A stretch of DNA of 64,000 bases, from positions 81,843 to 145,842 of the IMG/VR virus record IMGVR_UViG_3300035101_000015; one strand, written 5' to 3'. The notes under the pieces are model-generated. The model saw only the letters and a program-made list of their open reading frames with translations. It did not search any database and was not told the origin of the DNA. Within the stretch, counting starts at the first letter, position 1, and each line of letters opens with the position of its first letter. The stretch is from a virus (taxonomy: Duplodnaviria > Caudoviricetes). Shown piece after piece: positions 43,560-54,160 of this stretch. The position numbers were made by a program, and so were the translations under genes.

Positions 43560-45080
43560 CTACGCCAGTTGTGAAATACTAGGATTGAGCTTCCTAGAAA
43601 GTACGGCTTGGATGATGGGTGTCCCCTGCGATGCCTTCACAGCAATCTGGTATGAGCCCATGCCGTAAAGCCTCGGACCCGGAGCGCTGGATGAGCTGAC
43701 CCTCCAGCTACTGCCGACGCTCGCTTGCGTGTACCAATTCCTACCGTTGTTCCAGGAGAAGATGAGCTGACCATAGGGCTCATCTACACCAGTACCGTGA
43801 GTGGCGGACACGACGTAGAGTCCACCAGTAAGACGAGCAACATCCCAGAAATTCCACTCTCCGACTGCCCAGCTCGAGCGGGTGGTCCAAGTGTCTCCTT
43901 GGTCCGTGGTACTTCGTATGATGCCACTACTTCTGCCGACGACCATACCGTAGTAACCCAGCATCACGATGCCGCTGACAGTGGAAGAGCCCAGGTCATG
44001 AGCTTCGGTCCAGACACCAGAGCCCGCAGCGTTAGCATTTCTCCAGTAGACCTTACCGTCGGTACACCCTGCCCACATACGACGTCCAGTAGCTGCACCG
44101 CTGGCGACGCAGGTAACAGCAGGGCCACTGCCTACAGACTCCTCAGACCATGCAGCACCGTTCGTGGCCATCAGAACCTTGTTGCTGCCTGCTTCGTAGC
44201 AGCACCACAAGTTGCTGCCGGAGACGCAGATACCACGCAAGTTGCTGTAGGCAGTGGGCAGCGTCACGTGAGACCAGGAGATGCCCCAATCAGTACTCCG
44301 GGCTATGAGCTGGTCCGATGATGCAGTCTTGTGCCCCAGGCAGGCGCACATGATTCCATTTGAATCCCCAGCGATGTCTCGTACGAAGTAGGTGTTTCCG
44401 AAGTCATGCTCCGTGTACCAATCGTGTCCAGTACCCGAGCGCATGATTCTCGCATCGGTGTCACCAGCGATGTTCCCATCGTACACCATGGTACCGAGGT
44501 AGTACTTGTCGTTGTAGGGATTGAGGTACAGGGTCTCCACGTTGTAGTGCTCTGCGTACCTTTCAGAACCGCTCCACCCAGCACCAGTGTTGGGAGCGAC
44601 AGGAGTGAAGTCGAGCAGCTTGTTCATCGCTCTAATGCCCACGTTCTCATCGAACATATCTCTGGAGATTCGACGTGACGCGAACGCGGCCGTGTAGCCC
44701 ACCTCATTCATGCTGCCATCCTTTATGCAGGTACAGCAGATGATGAAGTCACCTTCTGTCAAGGATGGGATGATGGCCAACTCATTCTGCGCGAGCGCTT
44801 GGTAAGACTGCTCTATGACAGCCGGCAGGTTGAGCTTGAAGGCAGCAGTACTGGCCTCGTGCCGAACGTGAATATACAGCTCGTCGCCTTTTGCGATTGA
44901 GGGAAGACCGGAAACGATGTTCACGGTGATAGTGATGTCACCAACCAGACCGGTAGGAATGTAGATGTCCAACGAGCCATCGGCATAGGGGTTCCAGTCA
45001 ATGACCATACTCCCAGCAACCGGCTCGTACTTCGTCCTGTGGCCAGGGACATTAGCTTGTACTCTCGTGAAGTCGCTCAT
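43560..45080 (-). CDS. Beta-propeller (BNR/Asp-box) putative receptor-binding/tail protein
   Basis: Asp-box-like repeats RSTDWGISW, TTDQGDTW, SWNNGRNW. Confidence 0.65.
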   Translation of the reverse strand: MSDFTRVQANVPGHRTKYEPVAGSMVIDWNPYADGSLDIYIPTGLVGDITITVNIVSGLPSIAKGDELYIHVRHEASTAAFKLNLPAVIEQSYQALAQNELAIIPSLTEGDFIICCTCIKDGSMNEVGYTAAFASRRISRDMFDENVGIRAMNKLLDFTPVAPNTGAGWSGSERYAEHYNVETLYLNPYNDKYYLGTMVYDGNIAGDTDARIMRSGTGHDWYTEHDFGNTYFVRDIAGDSNGIMCACLGHKTASSDQLIARSTDWGISWSHVTLPTAYSNLRGICVSGSNLWCCYEAGSNKVLMATNGAAWSEESVGSGPAVTCVASGAATGRRMWAGCTDGKVYWRNANAAGSGVWTEAHDLGSSTVSGIVMLGYYGMVVGRSSGIIRSTTDQGDTWTTRSSWAVGEWNFWDVARLTGGLYVVSATHGTGVDEPYGQLIFSWNNGRNWYTQASVGSSWRVSSSSAPGPRLYGMGSYQIAVKASQGTPIIQAVLSRKLNPSISQLA

Positions 45081-45089
45081 TGGTAGCCC

Positions 45090-47123
45090 CTAGAGGTAAT
45101 CCGTTCTGGTCATCAGAAATTTCTCATCGGTGGCGTCGTACACACCTTCCCACTTGAAGGAACCAACAACACCTGGAGGGAGAGCAGAATCGCTCCCGCT
45201 GAACCTGAACCCACCGACGAGAGCTGTCCACTGCATCGTGATGTCCGCACCAAGAGTGCTTCGCACAATCACGGTGATGTGGTCCCCGTCCTCAGGGTAG
45301 CACACCGAGTCATCTAGCTTCACTTCCAATGTAACAGCGTCGCCAGCAGCGGCAGTGACATTGAACCGGATGGAAGCCGTCCCAGGAGTGGCATCCCAAT
45401 CAAGGCTCCCACTCGGACGAACCTGTGGGTCCCACGTCCAACTGGTTGTGCCCGCACTGGCTCTGAAGCGCACATCGCACAGCGTACGGAAGCCGGTACA
45501 CTGAACCTCCTTCACAAGGATGTCGCCATCGCCAAGCAGCGTGCCTCGCCAGTCGCGCTCGCCGGTCTTCTCGTTGAATGCACCCCACTGCAGCGCGAAG
45601 TTCTGCTTGAGGGGATTGGGTATACTGTCGGACCGGTACAGCGATGATGCCGCGAAGAAGGGAATCCTTTTCAGCGCTGTGTCGTTACTCCCGTTCATGT
45701 AGGGGAGGCTGAAGAAACCTACCTCACCACCATCTACTTCACCAGCCATGGTGAGGAAGGTCGGCTGAACCCACTGCACGTCGGTCAGTGATTCATCTGC
45801 AGTGAATCCAGTGGACCCTTGTAGTCGGTCCAACAACAGGTCGGTGTTGTTGGAAGTTGAGATGCTACCCACTCGGTAGACTTCTCTCTTACCACCTGAC
45901 CGAGTGAGTACTATCAGGTCCAGCCCCGCACGTAGGGAGGTTCTGTACTCTCCACCACCTGTGTCTCTTCGGGTGTATGCTGGGCTATCCAGCCGAATGC
46001 TGGTGGAACCACCGCCACCGGTGGGATTGCCGGTAGCCGTGGTTCCTGTAGGAGGAATGTTGGTGTACGTGCTGGTCGTGTTGATGGAAGCGTTGATGCT
46101 GAGCGCTGCAAAGTCGGCCAAGTCAGTTCCAGGATTTCCACTCTCAGCTCCGCTCAGCGTTCCCAGAATCGGTCGTGACAAGCTCAAGAAGCCGATGTTC
46201 CCATTCTTGGCTATGTTCTTGACGCTGTACGAGATGGCTTCGTGAGTGGCCTTGAACTTGGCGAGGAACTCATCCGGGTATCCAGCGGTGTAGTCCTCAT
46301 CCGGTGACTGCACTTCTAGCGCTTGCCCATCACGGATAATTCGAGCGCCGGAACCAGGGGTGTTCAGAACCGGAGCAGGAAGACTGGATTCTGCAATCTC
46401 AGTAGCCCTACGGTACACCTCATCCAACCCGAACAGAGGGTGAGAGTTGCCACTGACTGCCCAGAAGTGTAGGTCCATCAAGCCGCGCCAAATAGCTTCG
46501 CGCTCCGCTTCCACCGTTCTCGCAGTGCTGGTACGAATGCCGTACGTCAGCTTGTAGGTACCGGAAGGCAATGGAATGGCAAACCGCACCGTGGGGTTGG
46601 TGTACCACCCTTGACCGATGACACTCACCCCGAATGTCCCAGTGTCAATTCCTGACACGACCACTGGGTTTGTACCGTTGTAGACGGTACGACCGGATTG
46701 GTCAGCGAGCTGCAGCAGGTCACCGACTGACGTAGCTGGGTCGTCGCCAACAAACACATCACCGGTAATCTGGTAGCTGCTGACGCCACCACTGATAGAT
46801 TCGATGAACCACTTCGGAGTGCTGGTACGCAGGATGTCGTCTATGACATCACAGTTTTCGGAGAGTGCACGTAGACCACGATTGGTGTTCTGGCTTGTGG
46901 CGTCCTCACCGAAGGCGACGAAGTAGGTGTACTGGTTGACGCCAGAGCTCTTCTGAACATCCGCATTCGCTGCACCATCGGGCCCACCGATGCCCTCACT
47001 CTGTACGTTGACGCGGTCATATGTGTGGCCACCGATGGTGCCCGTACCTCCAGGAGAGGTCGGGAAGGTCTCTGAACCGAAGAGGTGGTAGGTGGGGTCC
47101 TTGAAGCGGTGGAACTTACCCAT
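45090..47123 (-). CDS. Putative tail fibre/baseplate-associated protein
   Basis: Gly/Thr/Ser-rich; NRGLRALSEN motif near the N-terminus; in tail cluster. Confidence 0.55.
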   Translation of the reverse strand: MGKFHRFKDPTYHLFGSETFPTSPGGTGTIGGHTYDRVNVQSEGIGGPDGAANADVQKSSGVNQYTYFVAFGEDATSQNTNRGLRALSENCDVIDDILRTSTPKWFIESISGGVSSYQITGDVFVGDDPATSVGDLLQLADQSGRTVYNGTNPVVVSGIDTGTFGVSVIGQGWYTNPTVRFAIPLPSGTYKLTYGIRTSTARTVEAEREAIWRGLMDLHFWAVSGNSHPLFGLDEVYRRATEIAESSLPAPVLNTPGSGARIIRDGQALEVQSPDEDYTAGYPDEFLAKFKATHEAISYSVKNIAKNGNIGFLSLSRPILGTLSGAESGNPGTDLADFAALSINASINTTSTYTNIPPTGTTATGNPTGGGGSTSIRLDSPAYTRRDTGGGEYRTSLRAGLDLIVLTRSGGKREVYRVGSISTSNNTDLLLDRLQGSTGFTADESLTDVQWVQPTFLTMAGEVDGGEVGFFSLPYMNGSNDTALKRIPFFAASSLYRSDSIPNPLKQNFALQWGAFNEKTGERDWRGTLLGDGDILVKEVQCTGFRTLCDVRFRASAGTTSWTWDPQVRPSGSLDWDATPGTASIRFNVTAAAGDAVTLEVKLDDSVCYPEDGDHITVIVRSTLGADITMQWTALVGGFRFSGSDSALPPGVVGSFKWEGVYDATDEKFLMTRTDYL

Positions 47124-47126
47124 GGC

Positions 47127-47735
47127 TCATCCAAATCGCAGTGTCCAAATCACCTCGAGCTCGAAAGCTGAGGTCTTGGAGATGGTGTCAAAGGTGTCGT
47201 AGGCGACGATGTTGTTTCCGTAGAAGGCCGGGTTCGCGTCGCTCAAGAGCATCCCGACCTCAGATAGAGGCACGCTGATGAATGGGGAGAAGCTCACTTC
47301 TTCCAACGTGTAGAGTCGCTTGAAGGTGACGGAGGTGGGTGTGTCGTGCTCCGCTGGCGCTTGTACCTGCCCAATCCAGACGCCGGAGCTCACCTGCACT
47401 GGACGCTCTAGGCGAAGCACGGTCGGGTCTACATCGGTCTGGTTGAAGCTGCCCACCGGCCCATACGTATCGAGTGGCGGAGCATCGGCGAAGTCGGGGG
47501 CAATCTGACGGCTGCCACCGATGCCGAAGCCGAAGTACTTGACCCGCTCGTCGTTCTGCGGCGTATCGGGGCTGAACGACTCGAAGGCTATGAGCTGGGA
47601 TAGCCATTCCCGACCGTAGTCGAGGAAGATGTTGTGCCCTTCACGACGAGCCACAATCTTGCCTCGCTCGCGGGCGGTGATGAAGAGGTTGCTCTTCACC
47701 GCAATGTCTTCACTGAGGTTGAACTTGCCTCTCAT
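47127..47735 (-). CDS. Baseplate/tail-collar-like protein (paralogue of the upstream gene)
   Basis: HNIFLDYGREWL, YFGFGIGG, LERPV, SEVGM, AYDTFDTI. Confidence 0.6.
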   Translation of the reverse strand: MRGKFNLSEDIAVKSNLFITARERGKIVARREGHNIFLDYGREWLSQLIAFESFSPDTPQNDERVKYFGFGIGGSRQIAPDFADAPPLDTYGPVGSFNQTDVDPTVLRLERPVQVSSGVWIGQVQAPAEHDTPTSVTFKRLYTLEEVSFSPFISVPLSEVGMLLSDANPAFYGNNIVAYDTFDTISKTSAFELEVIWTLRFG

Positions 47736-48406
47736 GCAAACCGTACCCGCCAGATGAACTCCAGCTCGCTGTTGTCGTCAATGAGGATTGTATCAAAGCC
47801 CACGTAGGCTACCAATGTGTTCCAGGGGTCGCCGTCTGGGTCGGCCGCCGAGGTGTACAACCCAGCCTCGGAAATCGGGAGCTCAGTCAGCGCTCCGTAG
47901 ATGTAGTCGCCTGAGCTGGCATCCAGCAGGGCGTGGACAGTGACCTCGTAGAGCGTCTGATGTGTGGTGTAGAGATTGGGTGGCTCGATGAACCACCTGT
48001 CACTGGGGTCACCTGGATAGGGGTTGAGGCCACCAGTGCGCCTCACCGGGCGCTCCAGTGTCTCGATGAGCGGGTTGATGGGCGTCTCTGCGTTGTACTG
48101 CTTGCCGTCGCTGTATCCCGTCATCGTGTAGTCGGGGGCGTAGCGAAGTGGCGCTACGTTGACGGGGTATGCCGACAGGATGGGGTCGATGTCCACCAGT
48201 GGGTTTCCTTGTTTCACCCCACCGATGCCGAGGCCCATGTACTTCAATCGGTCAGAGCGCTCCGGTATCGGAGCAGCGAATGGTCCCAGCAGGCCCACCA
48301 TCTGAGCGAGGTATTCCCTACCCACCACGGTCCAGACGTTGTGAATCTCTCGCTTCTCTACGAGCTCACCACGCCGGCGGTGCAGGATGGTGACGTTCGT
48401 GCTCAT
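47732..48406 (-). CDS. Baseplate/tail-collar-like protein
   Basis: HNVWTVVGREYL, YMGLGIGG, LERPV, SEAGL, AYVGFDTI; ATGA overlap at 48406. Confidence 0.6.
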   Translation of the reverse strand: MSTNVTILHRRRGELVEKREIHNVWTVVGREYLAQMVGLLGPFAAPIPERSDRLKYMGLGIGGVKQGNPLVDIDPILSAYPVNVAPLRYAPDYTMTGYSDGKQYNAETPINPLIETLERPVRRTGGLNPYPGDPSDRWFIEPPNLYTTHQTLYEVTVHALLDASSGDYIYGALTELPISEAGLYTSAADPDGDPWNTLVAYVGFDTILIDDNSELEFIWRVRFA

Positions 48407-51400
48407 GGTGGCCCCACCAAGCTCAAGGAGCCACAATAGTCACCAGCCTGCATAGCCGGAACGCTACCATAGAATGGGTCGGTGACGCCCATGTCGTACG
48501 TCCACGCACTCGGGCCACTGACTCTGGTGAGGATGCGGACCCATTCAACGGTGATGGCCGCCTGGTCCTGCTTGCGGATGCTCACCTGAATCACATCGCC
48601 TGCGGTCACGGCCAGGCTGATGGAAGCGAGAATCTCGGTGTTGATGTTGGCCCAGAAGTCGTAGGTAACCTCGGTCACAGCAGTGACGTTCCGAACAACC
48701 AACGTCATCTGCACGCCATATGGTGGGTCCGTCCCCGGAGGCACAGGTGTGCTATCCGTCCACCCCAGCATGGCCAGTCGCACCTGAGACAAGGTACCTG
48801 TCTCATTGGCCACGGTGTCACTGAGCGTGAGCACGTACCCGGTAGAGCCGGCTGGGATAGAGAAGCCCGACCCAGGGGCAGCCTCCGTCTCGTCTCCGGT
48901 GAACATCTCGTAGACGGAGGGAGCGGTGCCGTAGTAAGGGTCCGTCACTCCCTCATCGAAGGAGAAGACTGAGTCGAACGTGGGGGTGAAGTCCGAAGCA
49001 AACGACTCGCACACGTACACGTCGAGCTCGTCGCCAGGGCACAGCCACGTCTTGTCGAAGCCCCACAGAACAGGCTCTACAGACAGGGGCCAGTAGGTGG
49101 GACTCGTGCTCGGGTCGTCGTCGCTGTCGAAGTCGTTCCGCCAATTGCCGTTGTGACCAGCGGGGTCCCCAGGCCATGGCTGTCCACCACCAGGCCACGT
49201 CTGGTCGAAGATGTATGACGCCCCCAAGCGGTCCGCGCAGAGGGCATCATCCAGCGTAAGAACACCACTCATCGTGACGGTATCGTTGACGCTGATTTCA
49301 TCCCCATCCACATCCGAGGCGTAGAGCTCAACGATGAACTTGGGGTAGGTGTAGGTCGGCTTGATTTTGAGGATGAAGTTCCGAACGAAGAGCAGCGAGC
49401 TCAGGTTGAAGGCGCGCCCATCCACTCGGATGGCGAAGGTGTGGAACTTCTGCACCTCGGTGAACACGCCCTGGTTCAGGATTCCCTGGAACCAGTCTGG
49501 GTCCTTGACGTAGTCGACGACTTCCGCACCCTCCACCAATGGGTCGAAGCGGGTGACGGTGTCACCAACTGCGTACCGCTGCCCCGTGTCCGGGTTCTCC
49601 TCTAGGTCGAGAATCTTCGGGAAGGTGTAGGAGCGGACGATTTCAGGATTGTCTGTGTCACGGATGAGGATGCGACCTTGGTCACTGAGGAGGTCCTTGC
49701 GAATCTCCTCGATGGTGCCATCCTCCTCAGCGAATGGCAGGCCCAGGAGAATCTGGGAGCCGATGCGCAGGTTGCGCACGGTTGGCCCGTAGCTGCGAGC
49801 GTAGAGCAGGCCCGAGACGGCACTGAGGTAGTCGACGTTTTCCGGGAGCTCCTCGAGCTGGTCACGCGTGAGCTCCACGGCCAGCCCGAAGTTGGCCTCG
49901 ATGGTGGGGCTGTTGTCGAGGTAGGTGTACTCTGCCCAGAAGCGGTCCGGTGGTCTTTCACCCTCGAAGACGTCGGGTCCACCAGCCTGCCCAGCGACGA
50001 AGCGGATGCAGTTGCGACCACGATACTCCTCGATGAAGAAGTCGAGGTTGCGGCGCAGCGTCGACTCGTCTTCATCCAGCACCACGCGTTCTTGGAGGAC
50101 TGGTATGTCGACCACCAGCTCATCAACTGGGATTCGGCCCTTGCGCGTGATGCTCGCCAGCCGAACCGACAGGCCCTCCGTCGCCACGTAGTGCCCGATG
50201 GGTGCGAAGTCCACCGGCAACCTCGAGGGAAAGGTCTCCGATGCTCCATACGCCGTCGTCTCTACGACACCGGAGTACTGCTCCAGAGAGGACAGTGAGG
50301 TGTTCTCCTCGACCACCTCGGCATCCACGTAGTCACCCTGTGTGACAAGGCCGTTGTAGAAGTCGAGGAGCTCGGAGCTAATCCACCCACAGATGGTGTA
50401 CTCCTGCGCAGGCAACGACGTGTCTGATGGGACCGTAGCAGCAAGGCCCTCTTGAACAACTACACGCTGGTAGGGGTAGTCATCGGTGGCGTCGGTCACC
50501 ACCCGGTCGATGACATGCGCCACATCCCCCAGGACCAAGAATGCGCCTTCCAACGCCAGGCCGCTCAACGACCGGTCTACCTTGAATGTGCGCTCTTTGG
50601 TGGCGACTGCGTAGCCAGAGCCAGTGATGGACCCGTTCGTGTCCCCAACCGTGAACAGTGACGAGCTCGTATCCGAGGCAACCGTGAAGGCGAATGGGGC
50701 GTCGACTCGGATGATGTAGCCACCAGCAGTCGTCTCCACGAGGTGGGCATCCATACTCGGATGGACTTGCTGGCGTAGGTACCGACCAAGACCAGCTACG
50801 AAGGCTGGAGGGTCGATAGGGTCCAGCGCAGAGAAGGCGATGACCTGGTCCTCCGCGAAGAGAGGAGAGGACAGAACGAGCCGAGTGTTGCTCACCCGTG
50901 CAGACGTGAACTCCACTGACTGGACTCCACCAAAGACCGGGAAGGTCTTGGTGAGCTCTGGGATGGGCTCAGCTAGCAACGTGTCGTAGTGGAGCCACCG
51001 CCGGATGAACGTGCGCTGGATGTCCCGGATGCTCTTGGAGTACTCGTGCTGCCACAACGTGTAGAGCTCGGTGGCAGCTACCTGCGCCAGGGAGCCCCAG
51101 AACACCTGCAGGCGGTCCGCATCCTCCACGATTTGCCAGAAGTCGGCGATGTAGTCGAAGAGGAACCCGAGGTTTGGGGTACACGCTCGAGGGAGTGGGG
51201 ACTCGAGCACGTTGATGAGGGTCGTCGCCCGCTGAAGTCCGGTAGGCGTACTCCACAGCACCCCATCGAACACTTGCAGGTCGAACACGTAGAAGCCAGG
51301 CACGTCAGGGTAGAACGTGGGCTTGGCCGTCGTACGCCCTGAGATGCCCACCTGACGCACGAGCTTGTAGGAAGTGTTCAGCAGGTCGTCTGGAATCTGA

Positions 51401-52578
51401 GGGCGCTCCACCACCACGTAGAACGGAATGGTGTCCCCTGGAGGGATGGAGGAGATGGTGTAGCTGCTGCCACCCACCGTGATGACGTCGCCAACTTGAA
51501 TGGGGTTGACCGTGTTCTCCAACCCGAGCTCGGTGGAGAAGAACTGGTCGGTGAACCCAGTAGCCGGCACCTCGGGCTGTGTGTACCCATCAGCTCCAGC
51601 GAAGACGAACTGGCTCGTCTCCGGCGCATCGATGAGCCGCCACTCGTACTCGAGGTCTTCACCTTCTGGGTCGAAGCTGGCGCTGCCGTCGAGCTGGACT
51701 ATGCCGCACAGCCGCACTGCCTGGTCCGGGCCGATGATGGCGCGTGGTGGCAGGTTCGGGATGAGCGTCTTGTAGCCCATGTTGTAGTGGAAGAGCTCCA
51801 CCGTCGATGGGTTGCTGACCGAACCTCTGACGCTGTTGGCGATGCGGTCGATGGTGGGGAAGGTCGAATCCCAAGACCACAGGATGGGCAACAACGCTCG
51901 AAGCACGTGCCCCGTGGAGTCGGTTGTACCAATCTCACCTGGAGTGATGTCAGCAGCGCCTGTGATGAATAGGTAGGCCAGACCCGCTGCTACGTCCACC
52001 ACCATGCGGACGTAAACCTCTTCACCCTCAGAGAACCATTGGTCGCTACCGGGAATGATGTAGAGGTACTTGTCTGCTGGAGTCACCCCCGAAGGGTTGA
52101 GCTCATGCCCAAGTTCCAGGTCGTTGGTGCCACTAGCGAACTGGAACGCTCCGGTGTAGCCAATTCCCGACTGCGAGAACATGAGGGCAGCGCAGGGCCC
52201 AGAAGCGTTGTTCACCCCAAAGAGGATGTGTTCGTAGACGAGGTCGCTGAAATCTGGAGGCAGCTCGTGGAAGTTAACCCTCCACTCAACCGTGAACGTC
52301 TCAGTGACCGTCAGGTCGATGTCGAGGATACCGGGTGTGGTGGGCCAAGAACCGCCAGAGCGGATGTTGAAGCTGCTGATGAAGAACTGAACGGAGTCAC
52401 CGAGTGTGGTGGTCTCTATGAAGACCTGAACCCGGTCCATGTCATTGGGTTGACGCACGCCCATTAGGTCGAAGGCATTCCAGACCGGACTGTTGGGGAT
52501 GTGCTCCTCTTCAGTCGTTGGAGTGCCTGTGGAGCCCCAAGCTCCACCCCACGGGACATTGCCATACCCACCAGACAT
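48403..52578 (-). CDS. Large baseplate wedge-like protein with PKD/Ig-like domain
   Basis: QLDGSASFDPEG..YEWRL PKD motif; GPTVRNLRIG; LKIKPTYT. Confidence 0.6.
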   Translation of the reverse strand: MSGGYGNVPWGGAWGSTGTPTTEEEHIPNSPVWNAFDLMGVRQPNDMDRVQVFIETTTLGDSVQFFISSFNIRSGGSWPTTPGILDIDLTVTETFTVEWRVNFHELPPDFSDLVYEHILFGVNNASGPCAALMFSQSGIGYTGAFQFASGTNDLELGHELNPSGVTPADKYLYIIPGSDQWFSEGEEVYVRMVVDVAAGLAYLFITGAADITPGEIGTTDSTGHVLRALLPILWSWDSTFPTIDRIANSVRGSVSNPSTVELFHYNMGYKTLIPNLPPRAIIGPDQAVRLCGIVQLDGSASFDPEGEDLEYEWRLIDAPETSQFVFAGADGYTQPEVPATGFTDQFFSTELGLENTVNPIQVGDVITVGGSSYTISSIPPGDTIPFYVVVERPQIPDDLLNTSYKLVRQVGISGRTTAKPTFYPDVPGFYVFDLQVFDGVLWSTPTGLQRATTLINVLESPLPRACTPNLGFLFDYIADFWQIVEDADRLQVFWGSLAQVAATELYTLWQHEYSKSIRDIQRTFIRRWLHYDTLLAEPIPELTKTFPVFGGVQSVEFTSARVSNTRLVLSSPLFAEDQVIAFSALDPIDPPAFVAGLGRYLRQQVHPSMDAHLVETTAGGYIIRVDAPFAFTVASDTSSSLFTVGDTNGSITGSGYAVATKERTFKVDRSLSGLALEGAFLVLGDVAHVIDRVVTDATDDYPYQRVVVQEGLAATVPSDTSLPAQEYTICGWISSELLDFYNGLVTQGDYVDAEVVEENTSLSSLEQYSGVVETTAYGASETFPSRLPVDFAPIGHYVATEGLSVRLASITRKGRIPVDELVVDIPVLQERVVLDEDESTLRRNLDFFIEEYRGRNCIRFVAGQAGGPDVFEGERPPDRFWAEYTYLDNSPTIEANFGLAVELTRDQLEELPENVDYLSAVSGLLYARSYGPTVRNLRIGSQILLGLPFAEEDGTIEEIRKDLLSDQGRILIRDTDNPEIVRSYTFPKILDLEENPDTGQRYAVGDTVTRFDPLVEGAEVVDYVKDPDWFQGILNQGVFTEVQKFHTFAIRVDGRAFNLSSLLFVRNFILKIKPTYTYPKFIVELYASDVDGDEISVNDTVTMSGVLTLDDALCADRLGASYIFDQTWPGGGQPWPGDPAGHNGNWRNDFDSDDDPSTSPTYWPLSVEPVLWGFDKTWLCPGDELDVYVCESFASDFTPTFDSVFSFDEGVTDPYYGTAPSVYEMFTGDETEAAPGSGFSIPAGSTGYVLTLSDTVANETGTLSQVRLAMLGWTDSTPVPPGTDPPYGVQMTLVVRNVTAVTEVTYDFWANINTEILASISLAVTAGDVIQVSIRKQDQAAITVEWVRILTRVSGPSAWTYDMGVTDPFYGSVPAMQAGDYCGSLSLVGPP

Positions 52579-52580
52579 AG

Positions 52581-53417
52581 CTACCTACGAACTCCTGCTG
52601 TAGCCCACATAGGCGCCGTATCCCAGTTCATCGGTGGCATCACTCGAAGCGGTACCATTGGAGCACTGAAGATGAAAGGGTCTGGTCGTCTCTCGCCATG
52701 TCGATGGACAATGTGCTCCTTCCACGGCTCCTCACCTGTCACTATCCTCATGTCGACGGAGTCGAACTCGTAGATGTAGTCGTTGGACATCGACGCGTGA
52801 GCGACCAGGTCATCACTAGCCATCCAAGTGTGGCTGTGGCCACCTTCCCACCTCAAGTAGAGCAGATGATGGATGCTCGCCGACCAGATACGTGCCCCGA
52901 GCTTCATCATCTCGTGACACCACCGAATCTCCTCTGCCTCCTTCTGCTCGTGGAAAGCTCGCCCTTCCTCTGCGCGGAATACCAATGTGGGACCATGCAC
53001 ATGCATGGCGTACTTGTTCTGACCCTTCTCATTGAATAGAGCCATGCCCCGTGACGGAGTGGCAACGAAGTGGCGCTGCTTGCCGTAGACTTCCGCCTTC
53101 CCACTCTCGATGAGCTCAACCATCTCCGACAGGTATGCAGGTCCATACCAATCATCGTCATCCCACATCGAAATCCACCCGCCACCACGGTCACGGATGG
53201 CGTACATGCCTTCATTCCGAGCGTGGCTCTGATGCCCACGACTGGTAACAACGAGGTGTGGAACAATGCCCAAGCGTTCGCACCCTCCAACAGCATCACC
53301 ATTCTCGACGATGCAGAGCCGCTTGTCTGGATGCTCCTGCCGTCGGAAGTTGTCCAGGACCCACGGAATCTGCTTCTCCCGACAGCAAGGAACGACGACC
53401 CAAATATGCGTACTCAT
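52581..53417 (-). CDS. Glycosyltransferase family 2 (GT-A fold)
   Basis: VVVPC, ARNEGM, ISMWDDDDWYGPAYL; TGATG overlap with the upstream gene. Confidence 0.8.
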   Translation of the reverse strand: MSTHIWVVVPCCREKQIPWVLDNFRRQEHPDKRLCIVENGDAVGGCERLGIVPHLVVTSRGHQSHARNEGMYAIRDRGGGWISMWDDDDWYGPAYLSEMVELIESGKAEVYGKQRHFVATPSRGMALFNEKGQNKYAMHVHGPTLVFRAEEGRAFHEQKEAEEIRWCHEMMKLGARIWSASIHHLLYLRWEGGHSHTWMASDDLVAHASMSNDYIYEFDSVDMRIVTGEEPWKEHIVHRHGERRPDPFIFSAPMVPLRVMPPMNWDTAPMWATAGVRR

Positions 53418-54157
53418 CAGAAGTGCGCTCCCCACCAGTTGACGTTCACGCCAGCACCACCAGCTCCCGCTTCGGCAAAAGCTACAACGGCGTTCGCGCC
53501 ACGCAGAGCAGACCCACTCAGAGTACAGTCCATACCGTAGGTGCCTGCCGCACCCTGAATGTTGTATGCAGCAGAAGCCCCCAAGGCGGAAGAATAGTTA
53601 GCGTTGAAGAACGAGGTCTGGGTGTCCTGGTACGAGGAGACGGTCTGGCTGCCATCGATGCCAGTACCGCGTATCACGAGGGCGCCGGCGGTCACCGTCG
53701 TGATGTCGATGTCCATGTCACTGAACACGCCGCCAGCACCGTAGCTGACAGTGTTACTCGCCTCTGGAGCCTGCTGTTCGGCGTTGTAGATGTCGATGGC
53801 GCAACCGTTGCCATTCTGAACTTGGTCGCCAGGGTAGTTGTCCTCGTTCCACCTCACCGTAATGGTGTTGGTACCGGCGGATGGGTTCAGCAGGTACCAG
53901 ATGTCTATACCGACCTGAAACCCAGTCTGCTCGTAGTGTAGGTGTGCCCCAAGAGTGAGAGATGAAGACCCATACGTCATCTCATCACCAGAGTAGAGAG
54001 CAGTAGTGCCTGAGTTGCCACGAGACATGGCGCACACCACCAAGATGCGGTTGGAGTTGCTCCCAACCGTATGGCTCCAACTCAACTCGAACGGAGGGGA
54101 GCCGGGCACCGACCACTGCGATGCATTCCCGCTGGTATTGCCGATGCCGATGGCCAT
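53417..54157 (-). CDS. Putative virion structural protein
   Basis: Ser/Gly-rich beta protein; SWSHTVGSNSNRILVV. Confidence 0.55.
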   Translation of the reverse strand: MAIGIGNTSGNASQWSVPGSPPFELSWSHTVGSNSNRILVVCAMSRGNSGTTALYSGDEMTYGSSSLTLGAHLHYEQTGFQVGIDIWYLLNPSAGTNTITVRWNEDNYPGDQVQNGNGCAIDIYNAEQQAPEASNTVSYGAGGVFSDMDIDITTVTAGALVIRGTGIDGSQTVSSYQDTQTSFFNANYSSALGASAAYNIQGAAGTYGMDCTLSGSALRGANAVVAFAEAGAGGAGVNVNWWGAHF

Positions 54158-54160
54158 CGC

